The notes beneath the pieces were generated by a model. The model made no database searches. It worked only from the letters and a program-made list of their open reading frames with translations, and had not been told where the DNA came from. Below, in pieces: positions 17,078 to 24,653 of a DNA stretch of 30,107 nt; position 1 is the first letter of the stretch; each line of letters begins with the position of its first letter. The DNA is from a virus (taxonomy: Duplodnaviria > Caudoviricetes): the IMG/VR virus record IMGVR_UViG_3300032087_000761, positions 1-30,107 of that record. One strand, 5' to 3'. The translations under genes and the position numbers were made by a program.

Positions 17078-18298
17078 ATGATGCGCAATCTAGCAAAAGC
17101 GTTCACGCCACATGAAGCAGAACAAGTAATAGAAAAAATAACGCTCACAGAAAAACAAAAAGAAGCCGCAGAGATGTGCTGGATACAAGGGCATTCTTTG
17201 CACAAAGCGGCAGAGATGCTTCATGTAACTCGCGGTACGATTAAAGAACGATTGCAGATGGTCGTAAAGAAAAGCGCACTGCAAGGCTTCTCACCACGCC
17301 ACGATCAAGTAAACCCCGTACCTGAAGGCCAGGTAATCAGGGGCGAGTCAATTTTATACGACGCTGATAATAAGCCCATCATGACGTGGGTTAAGACGCG
17401 CGCAGACACCGAAAAGCAACTGGAGGTTATGCGTGAAATCGTAAAGGGCATGGCCGACGAGATAGAGCCGGCCCAGCCCGTCAAAGCACCAAAAGTTAAC
17501 GCAGCCAACCTATGCAACTGCTTTGTTATTACTGATTACCACATGGGTATGTTAGCTGATAAAGATGAGGTTAACGCCTCTGGTCAGACGCAAAACGATG
17601 ACTGGGATTTAAAGATAGCGGAAAGGACGTTGGTTAAATGGTTTGCAGAAGCTATCAGAATAAGCCCAGAGGCCGATACAGCGGTATATGCACAGTTAGG
17701 CGACTTTCAGCATTTTGATTTAGAGCCGTTAACGCCAGCGTCTAAGCATTTACTTGATGCTGACTCACGGGCCTTCAAAGTAGTAAGAGCAACGATCCGT
17801 GTCACCCGGCAAGTTATTAAGATGCTTCTCGAAAAACACAAAGAGGTCCACGTTAAGTGGTGTGACGCTAATCATGACCCATACTCTGCTATCTGGATGC
17901 GTGAGTTACTGACGGCTTTGTATGAAAATGAGCCGCGCGTTTACATCGACAACTCAGCAGACACTTACTACTGTTATGAGTTTGGCAAGACGGCTTTATT
18001 CTTCCATCACGGCCACAAGCGTAAAGTCGCTAACGTGGACACCGTGTTTGCCGCAAAGTATCGAGAGGTGTTTGGTAGGACAGAACACGCCTACGCTCAC
18101 ATGGGACACTATCACTCCATTGACAAGAAAGAGACAAATCTTATGGTCGTGGAGCAACATAGAACACTTGCAAGTGCTGATGCTTACTCAAGCCGGGGCG
18201 GCTGGCTTAGCGGACGCGAAGCAAATGTCATCACTTATCACAAAGACTACGGTCAGGTAGCGTATAATACGATCTCATACAAAATGATTAATAAGTGA
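17078..18298 (+). CDS. HTH plus calcineurin-like metallophosphoesterase
   Basis: N-terminal sigma-region-4-like HTH (LTEKQKEAA...SLHKAAEMLHVTRGTIKERL); motifs DYH, GDFQHFD, ANHD, HHGH, GHYH. Confidence 0.8.
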   Translation: MMRNLAKAFTPHEAEQVIEKITLTEKQKEAAEMCWIQGHSLHKAAEMLHVTRGTIKERLQMVVKKSALQGFSPRHDQVNPVPEGQVIRGESILYDADNKPIMTWVKTRADTEKQLEVMREIVKGMADEIEPAQPVKAPKVNAANLCNCFVITDYHMGMLADKDEVNASGQTQNDDWDLKIAERTLVKWFAEAIRISPEADTAVYAQLGDFQHFDLEPLTPASKHLLDADSRAFKVVRATIRVTRQVIKMLLEKHKEVHVKWCDANHDPYSAIWMRELLTALYENEPRVYIDNSADTYYCYEFGKTALFFHHGHKRKVANVDTVFAAKYREVFGRTEHAYAHMGHYHSIDKKETNLMVVEQHRTLASADAYSSRGGWLSGREANVITYHKDYGQVAYNTISYKMINK

Positions 18299-18555
18299 GG
18301 CAGCCTATGATCGATCTAATTGTTGTGCCAATGGCAAGAGGGGGATCGGTCGTATTACTAATTACAAGTATTGGTGGCGCAGTCACAAACAGAGACAACC
18401 CTGAATACACAGATGTTTACGCGGAGCCATTCATTGAGCCAGTCACCATCGACATGGAGCTGGATGCGTTTAGCGAAGTGTGGTTCACGGCGTTAGCGGG
18501 GGATTCAGATAGCATCGATGAGTACATCACGCATACCGCAACAGCGTTGCATTAG
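18295..18555 (+). CDS. Hypothetical protein
   Basis: GTGA overlap; an alternative start at ATG 18307 follows GAGG. Confidence 0.6.
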   Translation: MRQPMIDLIVVPMARGGSVVLLITSIGGAVTNRDNPEYTDVYAEPFIEPVTIDMELDAFSEVWFTALAGDSDSIDEYITHTATALH

Positions 18556-18709
18556 GTGCAATAAGCGAATGGACATAATCGTCACAAACGAGCCGCCATA
18601 TCAACTACGTGGCTGGCACTGTGAGTGTGGTACAGTCGAGAAAGCTATTTTTAGAGAGAGGAAGTTCGCGCTTGCCGAAACGCAAACCCAAGACAGTAGC
18701 AAAGCTTAA
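18518..18709 (+). CDS. Small zinc-ribbon protein
   Basis: CIRC...CEC motifs; bridges the gap to NinG. Confidence 0.5.
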   Translation: MSTSRIPQQRCIRCNKRMDIIVTNEPPYQLRGWHCECGTVEKAIFRERKFALAETQTQDSSKA

Positions 18710-19091
18710 ACAAGAAGCCGCAGCGCTATTACAACGCTTGGTACGCATGAAATACTCGAACGACAACGGGATGTGCGAGTGCGTAACTTGTGGAAAAGTG
18801 GGCCATTACAAGGACATGGATGGAGGCCACTTTGTCAGCCGAAAACATAATAGCGTTTTACTATTAGAGGAAAACATCCATCCGCAGTGTAAGCATTGCA
18901 ATAAATATCTGAACGGCAATATGGATAGCTACTCGCTGTTTATGATTGACACTTATGGCATGGATGCCATGAGAGAACTGATCCAGTCTAAACACCAGGT
19001 TAAGAAGTTCACGGAAGTAGAGCTGTTAGACCTCATCGGTGAGTACAAATTACGTATAAAAGAACAAGAAGATAGATTAGCTGGCGTATAG
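18672..19091 (+). CDS. ninG: NinG/Rap-like HNH endonuclease (junction resolvase)
   Basis: CVTCGK, MDGGHFVSR, ENIHPQCKHCNKYLNGN; probable TTG start at 18672 after GAGG. Confidence 0.8.
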   Translation: MPKRKPKTVAKLKQEAAALLQRLVRMKYSNDNGMCECVTCGKVGHYKDMDGGHFVSRKHNSVLLLEENIHPQCKHCNKYLNGNMDSYSLFMIDTYGMDAMRELIQSKHQVKKFTEVELLDLIGEYKLRIKEQEDRLAGV

Positions 19092-19093
19092 CC

Positions 19094-19115
19094 ATAACAT
19101 AAAATGTAGTATAAT
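19094..19115 (+). promoter_or_regulatory. Operator-like 17-mer abutting a TATAAT box
   Basis: ATAACATAAAATGTAGT (19094-19110) resembles the 13935/13954 operators; TATAAT at 19110-19115; no good -35. Confidence 0.5.
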
Positions 19116-19139
19116 TACCTAGCCTATTTGGAGGTGATT

Positions 19140-19334
19140 ATGTGTACGACAGTTAAGCGTGCCATGTTCTGTACTCGCAACGGCTACAAGCACATCGAGA
19201 AGCTAGAAGAGGTTTGTGTTCTCGTTGGGCGATTGAAAGGACTTACTGAGTCCGAGTACCTCGATCTCTGTGCTGTTAACAAGCTAGAGAATGCGCGGGC
19301 GCTAGAACTTGCTAAACATTACCCAGCCCGGTAA
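19140..19334 (+). CDS. Hypothetical protein (64 aa)
   Basis: Strong RBS GGAGGTGA before ATG 19140. Confidence 0.65.
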   Translation: MCTTVKRAMFCTRNGYKHIEKLEEVCVLVGRLKGLTESEYLDLCAVNKLENARALELAKHYPAR

Positions 19335-19410
19335 GTAAACGGGAATTCGCTGAGTGGTTAGCACTCCAGACTTCTGCCCCTCAAAAACCACAAAAACACG
19401 TCCAAATGTA

Positions 19411-19439
19411 TTGTGCGCCATAACGAAACACGTTAGTCT
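19411..19439 (+). promoter_or_regulatory. Sigma70-like promoter with overlapping 17-bp operator
   Basis: TTGTGC-17 nt-TAGTCT; ATAACGAAACACGTTAG (19420-19436) has the same geometry as the operator at 13954. Confidence 0.5.
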
Positions 19440-19459
19440 GTTTGTAAGGGGGTGCATTA

Positions 19460-19753
19460 ATGTCATTAAAGCTTGCTATCTACGGGTCTCTCGCTGCTGT
19501 GATATTGATCGCTTTTCTTGTACAAGAATTTATAGAGTGGCGGAGAAACGAAATGATTGCGAAAGACACACTACAGGCTGGCGCGCTGATTTTTATCATA
19601 CTATTGGCGCTGGGCTTTGTTGGTAACCTAGACTACGAAGACGCTGTGATAGAGGAACGTCATTATTGCGCAAGCGTCAAGCTGTTCAACGATAGTAACG
19701 GCGAGCGCGGGCATCCTAACTTCAAAGAACTCGACTGCAATGAAAGTCCTTGA
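19460..19753 (+). CDS. Membrane protein with two hydrophobic helices
   Basis: RBS AAGGGGGT; two TM segments; GFVGNLDYED and a Cys pair; second in-frame RBS and ATG at 19553. Confidence 0.65.
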   Translation: MSLKLAIYGSLAAVILIAFLVQEFIEWRRNEMIAKDTLQAGALIFIILLALGFVGNLDYEDAVIEERHYCASVKLFNDSNGERGHPNFKELDCNESP

Positions 19754-20504
19754 CCTATTTGCTGGTATTGGTGGATTCACTTTAGGGTTAGAGCGCGCAG
19801 GGTTTGAGACTGCGGCGTTTTGTGAAATAGACCCTTATGCACAAAAGGTATTGCGCAAGAACTGGCCTGGAGTACCAATATATGACGACGTTCGAGACAT
19901 CACAGCAGAGCGACTTGTTTCCGATGGAATTAGAGTCGATGTCATCACAGGCGGATTTCCCTGCCAAGACATCTCAGTCGCAGGAAACCAAGCAGGAATA
20001 CACGACGGAACGCGCAGTGGTTTATGGTCAGAGTGCGCCCGTCTTATTGGGGAGCTTCGACCCCAATACGCCATCTTTGAAAACGTCACAAACCTGCTTA
20101 ATGGAGAACGGGGAGCTTGGTTTAAGCGAGTACTCTGGGACATTTCCGCGCTCGGGTATGATGCGGAGTGGCACTGTATACCAGCTAGTTACCTTGGTGC
20201 CTCACATAGAAGGGACAGAGTATGGATCATTGCTTACCCCATCGGCACAAGGGTGGAAGGCTTGGACATTCAGAAATCCATACGCACTTATCCGCAAAAA
20301 TCATGCAGATGGCAATTTGCAAGAGCAATTAATGAGGCTTTACCAGCGGATGATTACACCAGAATTCGAGGAGCAGTTGATGGGGTTCCCGAAATCATGG
20401 ACAGACTTAAATGCTTAGGTAATGCTGTAGTACCACCAATACCAGAATTGTTAGGGGGCGCAATTTATGAAGATTACAAAAAAAGAACTATCGGAGGCCG
20501 TTAA
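19740..20504 (+). CDS. DNA cytosine-C5 methyltransferase, alpha (large) subunit
   Basis: Motif I DLFAGIGG, IV GGFPCQD, VI ENV, VIII HRRDRVWI, X LGNAVVP; no recognisable motif IX or TRD in this frame. Confidence 0.92.
   Translation: MKVLDLFAGIGGFTLGLERAGFETAAFCEIDPYAQKVLRKNWPGVPIYDDVRDITAERLVSDGIRVDVITGGFPCQDISVAGNQAGIHDGTRSGLWSECARLIGELRPQYAIFENVTNLLNGERGAWFKRVLWDISALGYDAEWHCIPASYLGASHRRDRVWIIAYPIGTRVEGLDIQKSIRTYPQKSCRWQFARAINEALPADDYTRIRGAVDGVPEIMDRLKCLGNAVVPPIPELLGGAIYEDYKKRTIGGR
19882..20418 (+). CDS. Nested +1-frame methyltransferase beta subunit (M.EcoHK31I-beta-like), 178 aa
   Basis: Own RBS GGAGT (19869-19873) and ATG 19882; C-terminal ITPEFEEQLMGFPKSWT is a C5-MTase motif IX. Confidence 0.8.
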   Translation: MTTFETSQQSDLFPMELESMSSQADFPAKTSQSQETKQEYTTERAVVYGQSAPVLLGSFDPNTPSLKTSQTCLMENGELGLSEYSGTFPRSGMMRSGTVYQLVTLVPHIEGTEYGSLLTPSAQGWKAWTFRNPYALIRKNHADGNLQEQLMRLYQRMITPEFEEQLMGFPKSWTDLNA

Positions 20505-20661
20505 ATTACGTGATAAAGGCGTAGATATATGGAGTCTTGCGAAGATTTATAACGTTCATTATGACACCATGCGCAAGTACCTACGCCATTACGACCTGTA
20601 TGGTGTGTCAATATTTAGCTCATCACCACAATATATTGATCAAGCCACCAATAACCCCTAA
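20467..20661 (+). CDS. Small HTH protein
   Basis: LRDKGVDIWSLAKIYNVHYDTMRKYL HTH pattern; RBS AGGGG. Confidence 0.65.
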   Translation: MKITKKELSEAVKLRDKGVDIWSLAKIYNVHYDTMRKYLRHYDLYGVSIFSSSPQYIDQATNNP

Positions 20662-20664
20662 AAT
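20636..20664 (+). promoter_or_regulatory. Sigma70-like promoter upstream of packaging genes
   Basis: TTGATC-17 nt-TAAAAT; the -10 is enclosed by the inverted repeat TAACCC...GGGTTA (20652-20674). Confidence 0.5.
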
Positions 20665-20694
20665 GCAAGGGTTACTAGCAGTGAGGCGGGGGCT

Positions 20695-20901
20695 ATGCTG
20701 CAAGTGGTAGAAATCGAATGGCACCCCATTCGACAGGGCAACATGCCAAAAGAGGAAGACACTGTACTTGTCGCGTTTGACGACATGACAGTCGAGTCTT
20801 GGCCGCTAACTTCTAGTGACATTATGGACGGTGAGATAAGAGCAGGACACAGCATGGGGCTGTACTGGGCTACCTCAATACCGCACCCAGACGAGGAATG
20901 A
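20695..20901 (+). CDS. Hypothetical protein (DUF551-like)
   Basis: EWHPI...MP...VLV...YWA..P.P pattern. Confidence 0.55.
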   Translation: MLQVVEIEWHPIRQGNMPKEEDTVLVAFDDMTVESWPLTSSDIMDGEIRAGHSMGLYWATSIPHPDEE

Positions 20902-20905
20902 CACG

Positions 20906-21211
20906 GTGGCAGCTACAAGACGGCACAAGATACGCGCTGTTAAGGACGAGGAAAACAGACGCGCATTAAGCATCAGGGGTAAAGCTGAGTATATCTTTGA
21001 TTTGATTGATGAAATCGGAGAGCTTGACCCTAAAGAAGATGAGCATTTCCAAGCTAAGGTACAGCAGAAGAAAACACAGGCTGAACTAAGGCTTAAAATG
21101 CTTGCTAAGACGCTACCTGACCTCAAGCAAGTGGATGCTGATCTGACAAGTAGCGATGGCTCTATGACTCCACCAATGGTGATTGAACTTGTCGCAAAAG
21201 GTCTCGATTGA
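20906..21211 (+). CDS. terS: Putative terminase small subunit
   Basis: Immediately upstream of and overlapping TerL; LAKTLPDLKQV and LTSSDGSM C-terminal motifs. Confidence 0.65.
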   Translation: MAATRRHKIRAVKDEENRRALSIRGKAEYIFDLIDEIGELDPKEDEHFQAKVQQKKTQAELRLKMLAKTLPDLKQVDADLTSSDGSMTPPMVIELVAKGLD

Positions 21212-22469
21212 ACTACCGCCTAAACTAGCCAACCTGTTTACCGGGGAAGCTAGATACCGTTGCTCATACGGTGGCCGGGGAAGCGCTAAGACTCGCTCAT
21301 TTGCTCTAATGACTGCTGTATGGGGTATGCGTTGGGGCGTAGCAGGAAAGCAAGGTCAGATACTCTGCGCACGAGAACACCTTAACTCTCTTGATGAATC
21401 CTCTATGGAAGAGGTCAAGTCGGCTATACGGTCTGTTCCTTGTCTCATGGATTACTACGAGATAGGCGAGCGATACATCCGATCTAAGGATGGGCGCATC
21501 ACTTATGTCTTTGCCGGTCTGCGTAGGAACCTTGATAGCATTAAGTCTAAGGCCCGTATTCTTCTGTGCTGGGTGGATGAGGCAGAGACCGTTACTGAGA
21601 CAGCCTGGCAGAAGCTTATCCCTACAGTGCGAGAAGATGACTCTGAGATATGGGTAACGTGGAACCCTGAGAACAAACACTCCGCTACGCATTATCGCTT
21701 TCGGGTAACAGAGCCTGAGCAGTGCAAGATCGTAGAAATGAACTGGCGTGATAACCCGTGGTTCCCTGATGTATTAGAACAGGAGCGCCAGGAAGACCTT
21801 AAGAAACGCCCGGATGTTTACGATCACATATGGGAAGGCGACTTCAGAATCTTCTCAGAGGGCGCGTATTACACCAATGAAATGGCTAACGCCTTACACG
21901 AGAACCGTATCGACCGTGTGCCATATGAGCGCGCAGTGGGTGTAGTGACAGCGTGGGACTTAGGTGTAGGCGATTCTACAGCTATCTGGTTTGCACAGTT
22001 TGTCGGCCCTGAAGTGAGGCTGATTGACTACTACGAGAATGCCGGGGTCGGGCTAGACCATTACGCACGCATACTCCAAGAGAAAGGCTACGTCTACGAG
22101 CAGCACGTCTTACCTCATGATGTGAGGGTCAGAGAGCTGGGCAGTGGCCGGTCTCGATTAGAGGTGTTAGATAACCTGGGTGTGCGCCCGGTCAGTATCG
22201 CACCGCAGCTCAACGTAGACGATGGCATCCAAGCCGTAAGGTCTATGCTCGATCTCTGCTACTTTGACAAGGATAAGTGCGAGAGAGGTATTGATTGTCT
22301 TAGGCAGTACAGGCGTCAATACAACGAATCAATGATGGTCTGGAATGAGCGACCATTGCACGACTGGACATCACACTGTGCGGATGCTTTCCGCTATCTC
22401 GCTATCGGGTACAAGAAAACCTCAGATTGGGGTGAGCCTATACGTAGGAATCTTGCAGGCATTGTCTGA
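21183..22469 (+). CDS. terL: Terminase large subunit (PBSX/Sf6-like)
   Basis: Walker A YGGRGSAKT, Walker B CWVDEAE, TWNP, nuclease AWDLGVGDSTAIW, HDWTSHCADAFRY; exact start uncertain. Confidence 0.95.
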   Translation: MNLSQKVSIELPPKLANLFTGEARYRCSYGGRGSAKTRSFALMTAVWGMRWGVAGKQGQILCAREHLNSLDESSMEEVKSAIRSVPCLMDYYEIGERYIRSKDGRITYVFAGLRRNLDSIKSKARILLCWVDEAETVTETAWQKLIPTVREDDSEIWVTWNPENKHSATHYRFRVTEPEQCKIVEMNWRDNPWFPDVLEQERQEDLKKRPDVYDHIWEGDFRIFSEGAYYTNEMANALHENRIDRVPYERAVGVVTAWDLGVGDSTAIWFAQFVGPEVRLIDYYENAGVGLDHYARILQEKGYVYEQHVLPHDVRVRELGSGRSRLEVLDNLGVRPVSIAPQLNVDDGIQAVRSMLDLCYFDKDKCERGIDCLRQYRRQYNESMMVWNERPLHDWTSHCADAFRYLAIGYKKTSDWGEPIRRNLAGIV

Positions 22470-22475
22470 TATAAT
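22467..22475 (+). promoter_or_regulatory. Extended -10 promoter TGATATAAT
   Basis: TG-n-TATAAT directly after the TerL stop and about 15 nt before RBS GGAGG. Confidence 0.55.
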
Positions 22476-22498
22476 CGGGCTTCCATACTGGAGGCTTT

Positions 22499-24385
22499 AT
22501 GGCTTTACTGTCTGCAATCACAAAGGCCGTTGATGAACTAGTGCAGCTTGGCTACCCGCGTGAGGTGGCAGAGCGCATTGTTTCTGGCGACTTGCCGATG
22601 GACACGGCCTCTCGTATGCAGCGTGCTGAGGCCATGGGCTTCGACCCTTCCGATGTGCAATATCACGGCACCAAAGCATACTTCACAGAATTTGCACCTA
22701 GCGAATTTGGAAATGTTGGCCCCGGCATTTATATGAGTACAAATCCTGAAGTGGCGTCAGGATATGCAAGTCGTAATTTGTACAATCCAGAAGAGGGTGC
22801 GCAGGTCATGCCGCTTATAACGCGCGGCGAGACAATCGGAATGCGTGATTACTTTGCACAGTATCCCGATACCGCCATTTCGCAGATGCCTGACACAAAT
22901 GCAGAGCTGAGAGAGCGAGGTATAACTGCAATCAATGAAGCCGCAGGAGCGCCTGACAAAGCCGTTTTTGACCCGAGAGATATCCGCTCACTGTTTAGTG
23001 CTGCATTCGACCCTGAATACAAAGGCTCCAATATTCTTGGCGGAGCTGCTACGGCAGCAGTAGGCGCTGGACTATTAGCAACACCAGAAGAGGCAGAGGC
23101 TGGCGTAGTAAAGACATTTGGCCGGGCGTTCGATCCTCGCTTCGATCCTCGTGTGAAAGAGCAGGAAAAGCTACGAGACACTACGTTTACGATAGAAGAA
23201 CGTGGCACGCAGGACGCACCTCGTATACCGCTGGCTGACTTAGAAGGCCGTCCGTTCGTAACGACTATGTCAGATCGCACACAGGCTGGCGGATTGCTGA
23301 CTGGCATTGACGATGTAGCTCTTGATAGACCGATCAACCTACAAGGCGGTCAGGGCTTCATGTTTGAGAATCCCGGCATGGTGTGGGCGTCAGCTCCGGG
23401 CGTTGTTAATCAAATCATGCGTGCGGCGTCTGAAGTGGGCGATAACCCTGTTTACCTGCCTTTCCGTATGGCTCCTACAGGCGGTGACTTTGCCACTATG
23501 ACCGGCGAAACCATGCTTAGTTTTGCGTCTAGCAATATGAATAAGACGCAGAAAAAAGCGCTCGATCAGGCTATTAAAGACTACGAAAGCGTTGGGTCAA
23601 TGGTCAAAGGCAAGCGTGTAGGCGCTGGGCTGAAGATTAAAGACTGGAAAGGCGTCGATGATCCTAGCTCCGTGGAGGTATGGCGCAACACGCCAGATAC
23701 CTTGCGCAAAGAGCTGATGAACATGATGGACGTGCAATTCCGTGATAAAGGCGGCCTCAGTGTTGGACAAGCGCGCCTAGCAGTCACTGAGCCGGGTCAG
23801 GCAGATGCACTCGATGCGCAGATACAGAACATCGGTGAGATATTCACGGGCAAGGATGTTGTGCAGGCTAGTGGGCATCCCTCGTATCCAGCAGGCGTCC
23901 CCGGTCAAGGGTTAGGGCGTACTGATCAAGAAGTAGGCATTTTCGAGCTGTTAACTGACGCACGTTTCGGTGGTCAGCAAAAGCCTGTTGGCGATCCACA
24001 AAAACCAACTGCGCAAGAAATACGTGCATTGCAGATGAAGCCTTATACAGGCCGCATCACGGAAGATATATTGCGTGGCTTAGAGACTCGAGGTGTCAAT
24101 GTCAACGCCAATCCGATGGTTACAGCGGCAGCCGTAGCGGCAGGGCAAGAGGCAGAAGGCTTGCTTGCACAACTACCGCAAAAAGACTTGGAGGCGTATA
24201 ACTACAGCGATGTACTGCCGGTCAAGCGCTCTAAAGACCCAGAAGAACGTGAGGGGCTGCTAGGCGGCTACAGCCCGGCATACACCGGAATCGTTGAAGA
24301 TATGGTAGAAGGATTGCTTAAGTTCAGCACGCAAGCAAAGCGTGGAATTTACAACCCTACAGCAGCAACTGAATTCTTACTGTAA
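22499..24385 (+). CDS. Polyvalent-type protein with ADP-ribosyltransferase-like (ART-PolyVal) N-terminal domain, probably virion-delivered
   Basis: QYHGT...FTEF...GPGIYMSTNPEVASGYA...VMPL...AVFDPRDIRS matches the ART-PolyVal pattern; hydrophobic linker ending PEEAEAG; second domain not recognised. Confidence 0.65.
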   Translation: MALLSAITKAVDELVQLGYPREVAERIVSGDLPMDTASRMQRAEAMGFDPSDVQYHGTKAYFTEFAPSEFGNVGPGIYMSTNPEVASGYASRNLYNPEEGAQVMPLITRGETIGMRDYFAQYPDTAISQMPDTNAELRERGITAINEAAGAPDKAVFDPRDIRSLFSAAFDPEYKGSNILGGAATAAVGAGLLATPEEAEAGVVKTFGRAFDPRFDPRVKEQEKLRDTTFTIEERGTQDAPRIPLADLEGRPFVTTMSDRTQAGGLLTGIDDVALDRPINLQGGQGFMFENPGMVWASAPGVVNQIMRAASEVGDNPVYLPFRMAPTGGDFATMTGETMLSFASSNMNKTQKKALDQAIKDYESVGSMVKGKRVGAGLKIKDWKGVDDPSSVEVWRNTPDTLRKELMNMMDVQFRDKGGLSVGQARLAVTEPGQADALDAQIQNIGEIFTGKDVVQASGHPSYPAGVPGQGLGRTDQEVGIFELLTDARFGGQQKPVGDPQKPTAQEIRALQMKPYTGRITEDILRGLETRGVNVNANPMVTAAAVAAGQEAEGLLAQLPQKDLEAYNYSDVLPVKRSKDPEEREGLLGGYSPAYTGIVEDMVEGLLKFSTQAKRGIYNPTAATEFLL

Positions 24386-24398
24386 GCGGTGATATAAT

Positions 24399-24653
24399 AT
24401 GGCAAAGCCTCCAAAAGGTAAGGCAAAGGTAAAGAAATTGGCTTCCGGCAAAAAAGTCCCGTATGGACAAGCCGGCAAGGCCAAGGATGGTGGCCCGCGA
24501 GTAAGGCCCGGAACCAAGAAGGGTGATGCTTATTGTGCGCGCTCTGCTGGTCAGATGAAGAAACACCCGAAAGCGGCTGCCAATCCTAACTCACCACTAA
24601 GGCTTTCACGTAAGCGCTGGAAGTGTTCCGGCACTAAGTCGAGGAGAAAGTAA
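24399..24653 (+). CDS. Small highly basic conserved phage protein
   Basis: K/R-rich; YCARSAGQMK...PNSPLRLSRKRWKC. Confidence 0.75.
   Translation: MAKPPKGKAKVKKLASGKKVPYGQAGKAKDGGPRVRPGTKKGDAYCARSAGQMKKHPKAAANPNSPLRLSRKRWKCSGTKSRRK

Noticed and set aside
10360-18671. Track start codons at 10360, 12978, 14259, 15334, 15645, 16251 and 18609
   Set aside because: Downstream starts have better RBS spacing or stop/start coupling; the longer versions overlap other genes or a terminator.
19349-19376. tRNA-like GCTGAGTGGTTAGCACTCCAGACTT
   Set aside because: Resembles a D-arm but has no T-arm (TTCRA) or acceptor stem; better read as a simple hairpin.
19354-19626. 90-aa + ORF
   Set aside because: Spans a promoter/operator and overlaps the better-supported 19460 gene; no RBS or motif.
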